A stretch of 50,918 nt of DNA, from the sequence record NC_029020.1. One strand, given 5' to 3'. The position numbers and the translations under genes are program-made. The first letter of the stretch is position 1. Each line of letters begins with the position of its first letter. Below, in pieces: positions 13,501 through 23,755 of the stretch. The notes beneath the pieces are model-generated. The model saw nothing but the letters and a program-made list of their open reading frames with translations. It made no database searches and was not told where the DNA came from.

Positions 13501-15263
13501 CCCTAACTTTCACAGTCAACACACANATGTTTGAAAGCGGTGTACCAGTGATAGGNGCAACTCTCGGTGAGAACTGGTATTACTACGGCTTCTACTCTAC
13601 TGCGGGTAGTTACAACNTACCGTTATTCCTAACTACGTTAGCTGTAGGNAACCAGATTTATGCGAATATTCCAATGGTTGAAAGTATACTTTGGCATCCT
13701 TTTCCATACTGGCAAAACGGTGAACTGGTGATAAATGCTACTGATGCATCTTTTCAGTACATAGCGTGGAGATATTCGCCAATATCAAACGTCATCAACG
13801 TCACTATCCACGTAACATCGTTCCCAGTGCATAATGGTGTCTATTACCCTGGTATTGAAATCCTCATGCCTAATGCGAGAGAAATTGGTGGCGATAATGG
13901 TAATTATCTGTTATTAGTTAACATCTACCATGGTTCGATATATTTCAATACTCCAACATCTGGTTTCACACAGCTTTACTCTTCTCTGCCTCAGCCCAAC
14001 CCCAACTACCCGTTCACCTTCAGCGTCATCTTGACGGAGAACAGTGCTGGTAACGTCACGGTACAAAGCGTATACATTAACGGCACGGCGTACTCTGTAA
14101 ATGTAAACACTCCTTTCCCGTGGTCACAGATAGGTTATGTAGGGTTAAGAGGCGATTTTAGCTTATTCTACGTCTCCTATTTCGGCGTCAACTCAATTCC
14201 ATTAGTCTCTTCCTCAGGCGTCACATCCTTTAACTTCTATTCGCCGTTCTCTCTCTCCTACACTATCACAAACACTTCGATCACAGTCCAAAACACACAG
14301 CTGGTTGATGGAGAAAACTACCTCATAATCCCAGGCACTAACGGCATCATAGGTGCGTCTTTCGCGTTTTACAACGTAACGGATAACGTCCCAGTCCTCG
14401 CGGTGTCCTCTTCTCCTGTGTCCGTAACGTACAACGCACCGTCACGGGCTTTCACGGTGGTTTCCCCGTCTCAGTCGTTCGTAGTTTCGCCATTCGGAAC
14501 ACCAGAACAGAACTATCAGTCACTCACTGGTGGCGTTGTGGTTCTCCCTCAATCCGAAGAAGTGAGTTTCTACGCTAACTATCAACCCAACCTGGTGTCG
14601 TCTTCAACCGCACCTCCGCCACCGCCACCTCCCACCACAACGACCACACCTACTACCACCACTACCATCAACCCCAACCAGGTTACAGTCGTAATCAACG
14701 GCAGTGTCTATCTAACGGCACCCTGGCTGGTTCACTATTCGATTCCTTCTGTAAACGGCAGTGTTACGGCGTACCTGGTTTACAACTATTCAACGAACAA
14801 GCCCGAGCTGGTGCTTTCGTCTCCTACGAACGTTAACGCGAACGTTACATTTACGGCGTCCAACGGCACGGTACTCTTATCCGAAAGCGTCGTGTCCCCG
14901 ACCACCGTAACGCTACCAGTGACTACTGGAAACGTCACGGTGAAGACCGCGAACTCCACTATTACGCTACCCCTCACTTACCAGCGGTTCAACGTCGTTT
15001 CCCTGACCAACGCGATTATGAATTCGCCCATCATGGGAGCGGTCGCGGTTCTCGTGCTGTTCTTCGTGTCGTTCTACATCGGCTTCGTGTTCAGGACGAT
15101 ACCTAACAGCATGGCACTAGGGGCTGTAGTTTACATCACCGCAGTGGCACCCTTCCTCCTCGCCATAGGCTTCCCGATGTCCATAGTGATGATGACCGTC
15201 ATGCTAGCGGTCGTTGCACTGATATACTCCGTCTGGGCATTAAGGGTAACGAACGTGAAGTAG
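10572..15263 (+). CDS. Large secreted, membrane-anchored beta-rich protein (1563 aa) with three lectin-like repeats and a DUF2341-like module; probable adhesin/receptor-binding protein
   Basis: Signal peptide; three repeats (W..FPYW.NGEL...QYIAWRYSPIS...TENSAGN...FYVSYFGV); DUF2341-like AWIQNY..VWVKLP..IYIYF..YDNGQNVF; P/T linker; C-terminal TM helices; many NxS/T. Confidence 0.8.
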   Translation: MKRKVLVGFLFLLFLIATVQAIITTNSQTPPSASAYVGSISVPSNPFILNTTLPAINQLGSNIRFFEYPNLTGQLYAYEQQLPQTISTVNSVESTGWHVFPYWEDGELVINSTGSTGQYIAWRYSPISNSINITIHVTSFPVYNFNPGIDIFSANPSTAYDWHGGNYYWLAIQWSGAYQYITPWGGLSPVTGSSSIPNLMGKVFTETVILTENSAGNITISQIYVNGTLYSTPNIDIPFPWNQIYWIGIRGDADNVFYVSYFGVSPAPYGGVEQFVNNVETKYNMFSDWQNGQLLVNTYPVVVTVNNSQPIATPAPFDQFLNISESQVASAFGSSLTSQPNLASQLWQQAVSDHFLNLLFTQNGQPLYAWIQNYTSSWVAVWVKLPNGIPASSTASIYIYFTNTIQYPYTGINPLLTPSYGQYDNGQNVFLFYNNFASSSSLTNFKVINGTNPSLATVTFNDGFNLTAQATSTVNWYVLNSTVSFSEPVMAYADINVYLFGSTSNPYDLRTAYPMLTDNLSALNYETNLYVGLENQWSDSVAISISVNGEAGYWAFFATNDSGNAYQYTTSIQGSVSELWGVGYGYSTSVGYFYEHLLSTTYTINGAPRANHPMSLVLGFDGTPSAKFSIKTFYVFVAPLPPNNVMPSITSVSNSGGVGGQYIAWKYSPISNTINVTIHVTSFPSAKGNSSIAVYSPNVGDQSSDGSSGFYALFVDFYGDSIYFHSPTSGWVQLYSSLPQPNPNYPFTFSVILTENSAGNVTVQSIYINGTAYSVNFNTPFPWSQIGYVGIRADTGNIFYVSYFGVTQLLDAYSLVTNPATNTPYTGTVYVAVFPYPISYDVYVSPAPIVNSQSPLPMFSPSFTSTTTLYPVISTNVNYGVINIWTTSGSVTASSGTVNIIPXIGAWTSVXLSTNTVPNFLVNGTVKSGSVSGXTITLSGLTGTSTVVXXDNFIPSSTAGXTTXNAXFNEIKTXASSLTFTVNTXMFESGVPVIXATLGENWYYYGFYSTAGSYNXPLFLTTLAVXNQIYANIPMVESILWHPFPYWQNGELVINATDASFQYIAWRYSPISNVINVTIHVTSFPVHNGVYYPGIEILMPNAREIGGDNGNYLLLVNIYHGSIYFNTPTSGFTQLYSSLPQPNPNYPFTFSVILTENSAGNVTVQSVYINGTAYSVNVNTPFPWSQIGYVGLRGDFSLFYVSYFGVNSIPLVSSSGVTSFNFYSPFSLSYTITNTSITVQNTQLVDGENYLIIPGTNGIIGASFAFYNVTDNVPVLAVSSSPVSVTYNAPSRAFTVVSPSQSFVVSPFGTPEQNYQSLTGGVVVLPQSEEVSFYANYQPNLVSSSTAPPPPPPPTTTTTPTTTTTINPNQVTVVINGSVYLTAPWLVHYSIPSVNGSVTAYLVYNYSTNKPELVLSSPTNVNANVTFTASNGTVLLSESVVSPTTVTLPVTTGNVTVKTANSTITLPLTYQRFNVVSLTNAIMNSPIMGAVAVLVLFFVSFYIGFVFRTIPNSMALGAVVYITAVAPFLLAIGFPMSIVMMTVMLAVVALIYSVWALRVTNVK

Positions 15264-15331
15264 TAGTGAAATTCGATGCAATGCATCCGAAAAGCTTTTT
15301 AATCACCGCTCAACCATATGTACGAGGCAAA

Positions 15332-15679
15332 ATGACGGATAAGTACTTCCCAAGGAAAGAAGACGTAGTAGGTGGTGCAAGGAATCTCCTCAAGGCTATC
15401 CTTGATGGCAAGATAAACAAATACCCCGAGATATCGCTGAAGATCGCTGGCATCGAGGCCAACGCTACTAGAGATGGCTATCCGCAGGTAAAAGAGATCC
15501 TTCACAGAGTAGTTGAGGCTATAAGGACTGCCGTTGAGCAGGCCAGCCTCAAGAGGAGGGGCATGGGCTTCCAGAACGTAGAGATCCCGCCCGAAGTTCA
15601 ACAGCAGTACATGCCCGTAGTCCAGGAAGCATATCAATTGTTATCTTCAATGGCGACAAACAAGATGGCTAACGTGTAA
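15332..15679 (+). CDS. ATV p131-like four-helix-bundle virion protein, paralog 2
   Basis: MTDKYFPRKEDVVGGARNLL...KYPEISLKIAGIEANA matches remembered ATV p131 MAKYEPKKGDYAGGA...YPEVTLKLAGEEANA; start moved to ATG 15332, in frame with track ORF 15266. Confidence 0.8.
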   Translation: MTDKYFPRKEDVVGGARNLLKAILDGKINKYPEISLKIAGIEANATRDGYPQVKEILHRVVEAIRTAVEQASLKRRGMGFQNVEIPPEVQQQYMPVVQEAYQLLSSMATNKMANV

Positions 15680-15736
15680 AACGATTTACTTATAAGCCAT
15701 CTTCCTTTTTTAATCCCTATTTTAAAGTTATACAAT

Positions 15737-16234
15737 GTGAAGCTTTCCCAGAAGCTTGCTTCTATTCTTTCTTACGCCGACCCTAATTCTATTTTGTATG
15801 GTTTCGCCGATCTGACCACATTCTTAGAGCAACAGGTCAGCGAGCTGGATGTAGCCGAGAACAACATAATCTTCAATGAGATGAAACGGATAGCCGAGAC
15901 CGTCCTGCAGAATTACATAAGATTGGGCTTAGACCTCGGGGACGCGAAGAACACCAGGGAATTGCTACTTAAAGTAAACGATATTATCAACTCTAATATC
16001 GACGACATTTTACAGTTAGAGCTTCGGCCTACCGCTTATGGTGTGGAACAGGAAATAAACATGCTGAAGGTATCTATATTGAAGGAGATCATAACACAGT
16101 TCGCCAACGTCTTCGGGCTGACGAAAGAACCAATAGCCGTACCCCTACTCTACTCTGGCGGGCAGAGAAACGAAGAAGAAATCAGAAAAATAAGGGAGTT
16201 ACTCGAAAAGGAAAAAATGACTTTTAGTTTCTGA
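15737..16234 (+). CDS. Hypothetical helical protein, 165 aa
   Basis: ORF track; protein-like composition. Confidence 0.65.
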   Translation: MKLSQKLASILSYADPNSILYGFADLTTFLEQQVSELDVAENNIIFNEMKRIAETVLQNYIRLGLDLGDAKNTRELLLKVNDIINSNIDDILQLELRPTAYGVEQEINMLKVSILKEIITQFANVFGLTKEPIAVPLLYSGGQRNEEEIRKIRELLEKEKMTFSF

Positions 16235-16237
16235 AAT

Positions 16238-17647
16238 TCAGATAAAGTTACTGTAGTTAACGCTGTTACTGTTACTGTTACTGTTTACCCTGCCTGGATA
16301 GGGTTGGCCTAAAACGGGGGGGAGGGCTGGTATGATCTCGGAGGTCTGTGTAAGCTCACTTAATTTCGATGCACTCTGGCTCTGGGGTGCTAAGCCGTTG
16401 CTGACGAGGGTATTGTACAGTTGGAGTAACTGCGATAATTGTTGCAGGTTTACTTCTTCCTGCTTATGATTGACGATATTGTAGTAGGCCTCCCTGATAT
16501 CGCTGAGCAAACGTTCAACTACGGTAGATAAGGGAGTTCCGTCGGGAAAACCATACAGCTGATAGAGTTGGACAACTGTATTGACTACTGGGATCATGTT
16601 TGAAGGTATTTCGGACAGCTCCGATAGGAGTGAGCTTACGTCGCCTGCCTGTATCTGAGCCAGCACTTGGCTTTGAGATAGTGTAGGAGGAGAGATTATT
16701 GAAGTTTGAGATGTAGTAGAGGAGGTCGATGTTGATGTGGTAATAGTGGTCGTTGAAGATGTTGACGTTTGAGTATTATACGACGAAGATGAAGTACCGC
16801 TCTGCGAGTTTGTAGTTAGCGATGACAATGGGGAGGGTGACGAGCTACTACCGCTTTGAGAGCTGGCATTAGATGAGGAAGAACTCTGTGGTGTACTGGA
16901 GGATGAGTTACTACCCTGCGAGGATGACGAGCTACTACCGCTTTGAGAGCTGGCATTTTGCATGATACTAACTGCGTTATTGAGGAATTGTGTATAATTG
17001 GAAGCAATAGAGGAAGCTTCTGGTGTACTGTAACTTGGCAATTGTAAACTTTCTAATTCTCCGAGTGTTAAGGTCTGATTTGTTAGAGAATTATATATTT
17101 CGTTCAAATTATTATATACCTGCTGAAGGGCGGAAACACCTTCGAAGCTCAAATTGGCAGTGTTTTCAAATTGCTCCGCGTTTTGCAACATGTTATTAAT
17201 TTGTTGAAGGAGTGATGAAACTTCAGATAAGTAAGACTGAGATAACGATTGTCCAGATGCGTACTCAGAAATTAAGGTAATTAAATCCTGGTATATTTCG
17301 GTAAGGTCATTGTTCATATTTTGTAGGATGTTGTTGTATAAATATGATTTTAGTATGTCCTCTGGCGTAGCAAATTCGAAATTTAAATTTCCCTTTTCAA
17401 TGATTAGCGTTACCGTTGGGACTCCAGGAGGAAAGCCACTTATGCCAGATTGAGGTATATTAGCATCGGGTGCATATACTTGGACGCCATCGTTGTAAGA
17501 CGTTATCAAATACGAAATGTCAACGTAATGATATGGTGAGATTACAAATGACACTGTCTGATCAGTGGTGTCACCAGTTACTGTGACGCCGACGGGACTT
17601 GGATACAAACTAAGCAGATATAAGTTCGGCTTTTGTGACTGCGACAA
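16238..17647 (-). CDS. S/T/Q-rich low-complexity protein, 469 aa (start uncertain, possibly ATG 17660 with a frameshift)
   Basis: Long ORF with a Ser/Thr tract; TATA and ATG just upstream are out of frame. Confidence 0.7.
   Translation of the reverse strand: MSQSQKPNLYLLSLYPSPVGVTVTGDTTDQTVSFVISPYHYVDISYLITSYNDGVQVYAPDANIPQSGISGFPPGVPTVTLIIEKGNLNFEFATPEDILKSYLYNNILQNMNNDLTEIYQDLITLISEYASGQSLSQSYLSEVSSLLQQINNMLQNAEQFENTANLSFEGVSALQQVYNNLNEIYNSLTNQTLTLGELESLQLPSYSTPEASSIASNYTQFLNNAVSIMQNASSQSGSSSSSSQGSNSSSSTPQSSSSSNASSQSGSSSSPSPLSSLTTNSQSGTSSSSYNTQTSTSSTTTITTSTSTSSTTSQTSIISPPTLSQSQVLAQIQAGDVSSLLSELSEIPSNMIPVVNTVVQLYQLYGFPDGTPLSTVVERLLSDIREAYYNIVNHKQEEVNLQQLSQLLQLYNTLVSNGLAPQSQSASKLSELTQTSEIIPALPPVLGQPYPGRVNSNSNSNSVNYSNFI
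16838..16957. repeat. 33-bp exact direct repeat inside the Ser-rich coding tract
   Basis: TGACGAGCTACTACCGCTTTGAGAGCTGGCATT at 16838-16870 and 16925-16957 (encodes NASSQSGSSSS). Confidence 0.9.
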
Positions 17648-17709
17648 CCTCTTCGCCCATTAACACATCTGTTTGAGGCGAATATATGCTTTTTCGTTCC
17701 CTTCAACCG

Positions 17710-19978
17710 CTAGATGTTCAGCCTTTTGAATATGAAGCCCAGTATTATCGCTCCGATGCTGAAGGGAAGTACTATGTAGTCGCTGAATAGCAGTCCTATT
17801 GAGAGCGTGGCGAAGCTGAGGAACAGCGTCGAAGACCAGAGCTGAGAAGAATAGCGGTAAGACGCTACAGCAATCGCCAAAAAGCCGTAGTACGTTATGA
17901 TTCCTATTAGTTCGTTGTTCTGCAAATGTATATTACTCATAAACGAAGACCCAGTACTGCCGTTATACTTTGTGGTAGTAGCGTTAGTAACGTTCACCGA
18001 TGCGATCTGGACAGGTTTAACTGGTAAAGGTGAAGTTGATATTGTTATCGTCCTAGTGGGTTCCGATACTGCGACGACTATTTGTAAATTCGTCGGCAGG
18101 TTCGTCGGATAATCATTGCTCGATATGACGAGCTGAGATTCTATATTGCCGTACTGCACAACGAGGTTATAGCCGGCGAAGCCTATCAGCGTCAGAGACG
18201 ACGACGAATTCGCCAGCTTGGTCTGGTAGACCGCATTGTTGTTGTTGACTATTGCCTCTCCTGGAGCCGTAGTAAGGCTGAGCACGGAGGACTGCAACGG
18301 AGTGGGTAAACCAACTGCAACCGATATGATACCCGTAACTTCATAGTAAAGACCAGAAGAAAGCGTTATGCCGATGCTCGATAAGGAAATAGGTACTGTA
18401 CCGTTGTAATTAACATAAGGAACTATACCAGTAGACGCAACAGCGTTAGGCATGGGCGTTATAAACGTGTAGAAAGACCCGGGATAGTAGTAGAACCCTA
18501 TTAAATAGAACTCATTGCCTATATCCGCGTAACCAACCCCTATATCGGCTGGGAACTTCGGGCTACTTACAAGCTTCGTGACGGCTGATTGAGAGTTGTA
18601 CACGTATACGCCTGAAGTATTTATTATCAGTCCAGCCTTGTGCACGAAGTCCGTAAACCCTACGAGCATGTTGTAACTGACTTGCGTATTTGTTAGCGAC
18701 GGCTGGATCGTTATCCCTACCACTCCCTGCCCGTAAACTTTCAGGTCAACCAAATTCACACCTCCTATAGTATTCACCGTATTCCCGCTCGCGGTAACGG
18801 TATACGTGGTTCCGTTAGCGTACTTCACCGAAATCGTACTGCCCACCGGAATATCGTCGAAGTAAAGGTAGTTGGAAGACGAGTTGTAAGGCATAATATA
18901 CATGTATATGTGGTTCAGGTCGAGCTTAAGGTCGCTGGCTTGGGCCGGCAGAGAATACCATTTGCTATTATTATACACCATGATGTCAGAACCGTCGAGC
19001 AACGTCGGGTTGAAGAAGTACACCGGGTTTTCCAACAGAACGGAGTTAGTACCGTATGTCGCACCTTGAGCAACCGCGAAGGTACCGTTGAACGTAACGG
19101 ATTGCGGGACTAGAATTTGAGGTGCTAAATATTTAACAGTGGGGTACTGCAGAGACACGGCAGACCTGAATACCAAACCGTAAATTGCTGATTGTGGTAG
19201 AGTTGCCTGACCAACTTCTTCATTCGGATAGCCAGCGATTTGGGCGTTGTATGTGAATTGTGAATTCGAAATCGTGAACTGCGAGCTTTTCACGTAGTCG
19301 TCTGAGGAGTATAACCCACGTCGTAGACCCGAAGGGGAACGCCGTATAAGAAGGAATCGTCTGCTGGCCGGAATACGAGAAAAGGCTTATCGAGACTACG
19401 CTACCCGNAGGAACCTGGCCNGTATATATCAGTTCGGGTGGCGTTATGACTGCCGAAGACTGGAAGTTATAGAGTATAACCGCGGAAGTGTAACGCAACG
19501 CAGACGTCGTGAATGTCACAAGGCTGTTCTGCCCGTTTAGTACTAACGTTCCGCCCAGTAGCGAAACGCCTGAGACGTTGAAGATAGACGTGTTGAGGTA
19601 GTAAAATTGAGTGTAGAAGCTGAAGACTCCGGTGGTTACGGCACTAGCCTGGGTATTCCCGCCGTAAACGAAATAGTAAATCTGCGATGAAGGAGCCGGT
19701 TCGTACCACACCAGCAACGGAGGCACCGTCGAGAACAAATACGAGTATTCGTAGTACCCCAAGGCGTTCGCCACATAGTAATTCTGCCCGTACACTACGG
19801 TTTGTTCCGGGAGCGGGGCGATGTAGATTAACCCCTGTGAAACGTTGGCGTTTACGTTGACCGATATAGGTACTTCTTCCTGAATAAAACTGGCTTTCGA
19901 AGTTAACATAAAGAATGGTAATGTAAAGAAGAACAAGTATAGCAAAATCAGAAGTACGGTTTTTTTGCTGACCCTCAT
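17710..19978 (-). CDS. Beta-rich secreted protein with signal peptide and C-terminal TM anchors (~755 aa); one apparent frameshift at ~19320
   Basis: 19220..19978 supplies the signal peptide; 17710..19293 continues (..GLYSSDDYVKSSQF..) to the TM helices; many NxS/T. Confidence 0.7.
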
Positions 19979-20002
19979 TAATGGAACTTATGCTTTGCGG
20001 GT

Positions 20003-20467
20003 TTAATAGTTTTCCAAGATACCAGGTAATTCAGTATATTGATGATATTGAGGAATATTGGCGACCTGAACAGTTTGATAACTGATTATTTTTGGCAAGA
20101 CCTGAGCCAGTTGTAAGTACACTTGTAACGATTTCACTATTTCTGGCTCGATGTTGTACATGGACGTCAGGGAATTTAACACTTCTGGTTTGATTTGTTC
20201 TGCAATTTCATACGCCTTTGTCACGAGTGCCACAGGGTTGTATTCGATCTGCTTAACCAATTTTGGTATTTTGTGGTACTGAGCACCGAAATAATTCGCT
20301 ATTTTTTCGGGCGATACAGGGTTAAACGGCTTATTGAGGTACTGCANNGAGATTTGATTGAGATTGTAGTACTGAGAAAGCTGGTTAACCACGTTTACTA
20401 AATTCAGTACTTTAGTTATTGCCTCGGCATATTCTTCAAATGACGGTTTCCTCCTGCGGTCGCCCAT
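20003..20467 (-). CDS. Hypothetical protein, 154 aa
   Basis: ORF track; TATA-like TTTAAAA upstream. Confidence 0.65.
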   Translation of the reverse strand: MGDRRRKPSFEEYAEAITKVLNLVNVVNQLSQYYNLNQIXXQYLNKPFNPVSPEKIANYFGAQYHKIPKLVKQIEYNPVALVTKAYEIAEQIKPEVLNSLTSMYNIEPEIVKSLQVYLQLAQVLPKIISYQTVQVANIPQYHQYTELPGILENY

Positions 20468-20543
20468 TAAATATTGCTCTCAAAGAGGTGTTTTAAAGTT
20501 TTAGCTTACTCCTTCCTCTAGTAGGCAACCAAGTCTGCTCATT

Positions 20544-22058
20544 TCAGATCGTCACAGCGATCATTTTCTCCAGCACGTCCATAGCTTTTCTGAAGTCCAT
20601 TTCTTTATACAGCTCGTTCAGGGTTTTTTGCCTGTCCAGCTTCAGACCGTAGAACGTATCGACCGTGTATATTATCTTCCTCAGAACGTCTACGTCGGTC
20701 GCGGGCAACTGGGTTATATCGACCCTGGGCAGGAGCTTCAGCGTCTGTACCTGCAACAATGAGCTGTCGAAGCTCGTTATCACCACGAAGCTGACGTTGT
20801 CCTCCTCAAGAAGACGTTCTATCAATAATTGTTTGCTGATGTTGATCGTGCCGTGCAGGTGAATTATGCCAACCGGTTTGTTCTCCTGCTTGAGCAACGT
20901 GATGACGTCGTCGCTCCCGTATCTCAGCGAGGTCGACTCCTGCAAATCGATGAGGTAAACCGGTCTGCCCTCCTTCGTAAGGAAATAGCTCGCCATTATA
21001 GCGGTCATGGTGTAAAGGGCTCCCTCGCAGAGAATCTTCACGTTCTTGTTTCTGATATCGTAACGCCTAAGCTGGGGCAGGTTCGTTATGTCCAGGATGT
21101 TTTCCTTGTCCTGCAACTCGAACGGGACGAGCCTCCTCGGGAAGTTGCTTTTTGCCCTCAGGAAGGAGACAGTCCCGGTCTGCATTATAGTCCTGAACTC
21201 TGCTACGGAGATGCCGGTAGCAGATGCATAAAACGACAGCCTCTGGACATCGTATTCCTTATCCTCAATTCTGAAAGTCCTCTGTGGAGTCGTCCTCCTG
21301 GCTATGTACTCATAGACGGTTTGCGAATACGGAAGGAAGTAAATTTTCCACGGGAACCTCCTGAGCATCGCGTCGTCCATATCGTTTATAGAAGCGTTAG
21401 TGGTTAACACAAGAATAGAGGGATAGTTTGAGTCCATGAACTCCTGGAGCTTTTCCAGCAATATGTTCTTCATGTTGTCCTCCACTAACTTNTCNGCCTC
21501 TCCACCTCCGCCACCCCTTTTTAATAAGAACCTCTCTCCCTCGTCGAAGACTATGATGGAGGGCTTGCTGGAAAACAANTGTTTNTTGATGAAGTCGTTC
21601 AGAAGCTGGTAGGGCTCGCCTACGTANTTCGTCATGAAATCGGTGGGTTGCTTGACGATTACCTTAATCCCTAGAATCCTCGGNAGCAGTTTNGTGGCGA
21701 TGTANGANTTNCCGGTGCCTGGGACNCCGTACANCANNATTCCTCCGTGCAGTGTCCCTTCNCTGAGGTAGGTCGCTATTAGCTCCTTCANCTTGTTCCA
21801 GACCTCTATCGGCAGAACCAAGAAGTCGTCTCCCAAATCTACTACTATGTAATCGTCGTCCTTCACCTCCTCGCCGTTCTCCCTCTTGAACTTCAGACGG
21901 CTTATCTTCGGCAGAGGTTGATCGACGTGAATGAACTGCGTGTACTGAGACGAGAAAATACAGCCTGGCGGGTATGCAAACCGTATGTTTGATATGTCTG
22001 CGTAGACGACGTCGCCGTCGCGGGGCTTGAACGAGCTGGCGACGACCTCGCATATCAT
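20544..22058 (-). CDS. Classical-clade AAA+ ATPase (ATV p529-like)
   Basis: Walker A region Y.VPGT... (partly N), Walker B PSIIVFDEGE, second region of homology LVLTTNASINDMDDAMLRRF. Confidence 0.85.
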   Translation of the reverse strand: MICEVVASSFKPRDGDVVYADISNIRFAYPPGCIFSSQYTQFIHVDQPLPKISRLKFKRENGEEVKDDDYIVVDLGDDFLVLPIEVWNKXKELIATYLXEGTLHGGXXXYXVPGTXXXYIAXKLXPRILGIKVIVKQPTDFMTXYVGEPYQLLNDFIXKXLFSSKPSIIVFDEGERFLLKRGGGGGEXXKLVEDNMKNILLEKLQEFMDSNYPSILVLTTNASINDMDDAMLRRFPWKIYFLPYSQTVYEYIARRTTPQRTFRIEDKEYDVQRLSFYASATGISVAEFRTIMQTGTVSFLRAKSNFPRRLVPFELQDKENILDITNLPQLRRYDIRNKNVKILCEGALYTMTAIMASYFLTKEGRPVYLIDLQESTSLRYGSDDVITLLKQENKPVGIIHLHGTINISKQLLIERLLEEDNVSFVVITSFDSSLLQVQTLKLLPRVDITQLPATDVDVLRKIIYTVDTFYGLKLDRQKTLNELYKEMDFRKAMDVLEKMIAVTI

Positions 22059-22499
22059 AAGTCCTCACCGCTTAATTTGCTCAAAATGAGATCCTTGGTC
22101 TGCTTCCTCGCTCCTCCTTGTTGCTTCATCTTCTGTAGCAGTTCGTTCGGGTTGGTCACCCTTTTTACGTGGAACTGCCTGTTCGCTAAAATTATCAGGT
22201 AGCAGTCCCTGACTTTCGCATAGTTGATGCACGTGAGCACTTTCGTCCCCTCTATTTTTCAGCGTCTCTATCGATTCTATTTCGTCCAGCGGGACNAACG
22301 GGTCGATTATCGACAAACTCTTCTGTAGCCCGCAGTTCTTCACAATGCAATTAAGGATTATCAGCCTAGTCTGTTTGGGCAGATCGTCTCGCAATAGTAA
22401 TTTCAGCAGGGTCTCCGGCTCTCCCTCCTCGTCCTTTTCCCCTAAGGCTTCGGATATCAGTGAAACAACGTCTGNAGGCGTGAGGTCGGCCGGCATCAT
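22055..22499 (-). CDS. Hypothetical protein; probable frameshift joining 22065..22499 and 22055..22240
   Basis: Overlapping ORFs; the second frame gives a more protein-like C-terminus and abuts the ATPase start. Confidence 0.5.
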
Positions 22500-22861
22500 T
22501 TACCACCCTTAATGCAGATAGGGAACTCGGGGTCGAGGTTTATGTTGTCTATTTTCAGCATTTCCTTTACTTTTTCTCTGGCCTTCCTGATCATGCGGTA
22601 CAGCGTAATGTTACTGTTCGTGCAGACGCCTAACGCTATGTAGAAGTCCAACGCGGACGCCAGNAGTGCGTCTNNGAGGTCTCCGACTTGGTCTGGCGTC
22701 ACTTTAAGGCTTACCCTGTTCTCCTCGTCCCTGAACGTTATCGTCGACGTGTTGATGACCTCGTAATACTTCTTCGGCAATTTTATCGAAAAACAGTCTA
22801 CGAAATACTCCGCTATCGGCCCTGGCAGATATACTCTCGTGTCCAGCACATAAAACCTCAT
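22496..22861 (-). CDS. Hypothetical protein, 121 aa
   Basis: ORF track; 4-nt overlap with the next gene. Confidence 0.65.
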   Translation of the reverse strand: MRFYVLDTRVYLPGPIAEYFVDCFSIKLPKKYYEVINTSTITFRDEENRVSLKVTPDQVGDLXDAXLASALDFYIALGVCTNSNITLYRMIRKAREKVKEMLKIDNINLDPEFPICIKGGK

Positions 22862-22966
22862 AATTGTTAACTTGTAGGTAATAACCTTAAAAACCGAGTT
22901 AGCTCACCGTGAAGGACGATCGTTCGGTCAGGCAAAACCCTTTTAAACGTTATGTGACACATATGG

Positions 22967-23755
22967 TTGAGTGAGATAAGTATGAATCCGTTTGAATTCG
23001 ATCATGTCGAGTGGTTGATGGAGAGGGAAGCAGAGGAATTAGGCCTGAATAGAGAAACGCGTTTAGGAATGATAGCATACAGGACAGCCGAGGATGTATT
23101 TGATAAAGTGAAGGATTATTGTGAAGATAAAAATAATAAGGAATATAATGGCGAATGGGTTAGGTGTGTAGCCGATCATAATCCAGACAAGTTTGATAAG
23201 TTTGTAAACAAATACCTTAATGGGGAAGAACTCGAACAGCTAAAAAGAGTGATTGAGGAGAATCCAGACGTGTATAAAAGTCTAGATGAGTTCTGGAACG
23301 AAGTAAAAATACTTTATAATGTATTTTGGGATGAATGGATGGCCTCAACTCTCGCCGAAATGTTAAGCTATCACTTGGAGTTTCCTATAAGTGAAATATG
23401 GAAAAATCCTGATCTTAGTGCATCTTGTAAAATTAAACGCCTGAAAGGTTACGCCACCATATTAGAAAATTTCCGAAAAGCCATTTCGCGTGCGTTAAAA
23501 GAGGAGAAACCATTAAGCAAAAATGAGTTATATCACTGGTTCACGGATCTAGATGAAATTGGCATAAAAACAGACCAACAATATAACAATATTCTAAGTT
23601 ATTGGCTTGACTTTTATGACATGTTACCTGATGATGGCAAATTGGAAACATTAGAAAGATTACATCATGAGATAATTGATACATTATTTCCTGAAATAAG
23701 TAAAATAAGTAGACATATAGAAAAAGAATCAAATCTTTTAACAAACCAAACCTAA
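22967..23755 (+). CDS. Acidic, AT-rich hypothetical protein (likely start ATG 22982), opposite in orientation to its neighbours
   Basis: 262-aa ORF; promoter GTCAGGCAAAA..TTTTAAA at 22927-22947. Confidence 0.7.
   Translation: MSEISMNPFEFDHVEWLMEREAEELGLNRETRLGMIAYRTAEDVFDKVKDYCEDKNNKEYNGEWVRCVADHNPDKFDKFVNKYLNGEELEQLKRVIEENPDVYKSLDEFWNEVKILYNVFWDEWMASTLAEMLSYHLEFPISEIWKNPDLSASCKIKRLKGYATILENFRKAISRALKEEKPLSKNELYHWFTDLDEIGIKTDQQYNNILSYWLDFYDMLPDDGKLETLERLHHEIIDTLFPEISKISRHIEKESNLLTNQT

Noticed and set aside
10572-15263. Diversity-generating retroelement acting on the adhesin repeats
   Set aside because: There is no reverse transcriptase gene, and the differences between repeats are largely synonymous and not adenine-specific.
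20665-22068. Plus-strand ORFs 20829..21407 and 21664..22068, and similar antisense ORFs inside long genes
   Set aside because: They are antisense shadows of motif-bearing genes with no promoter or domain evidence.
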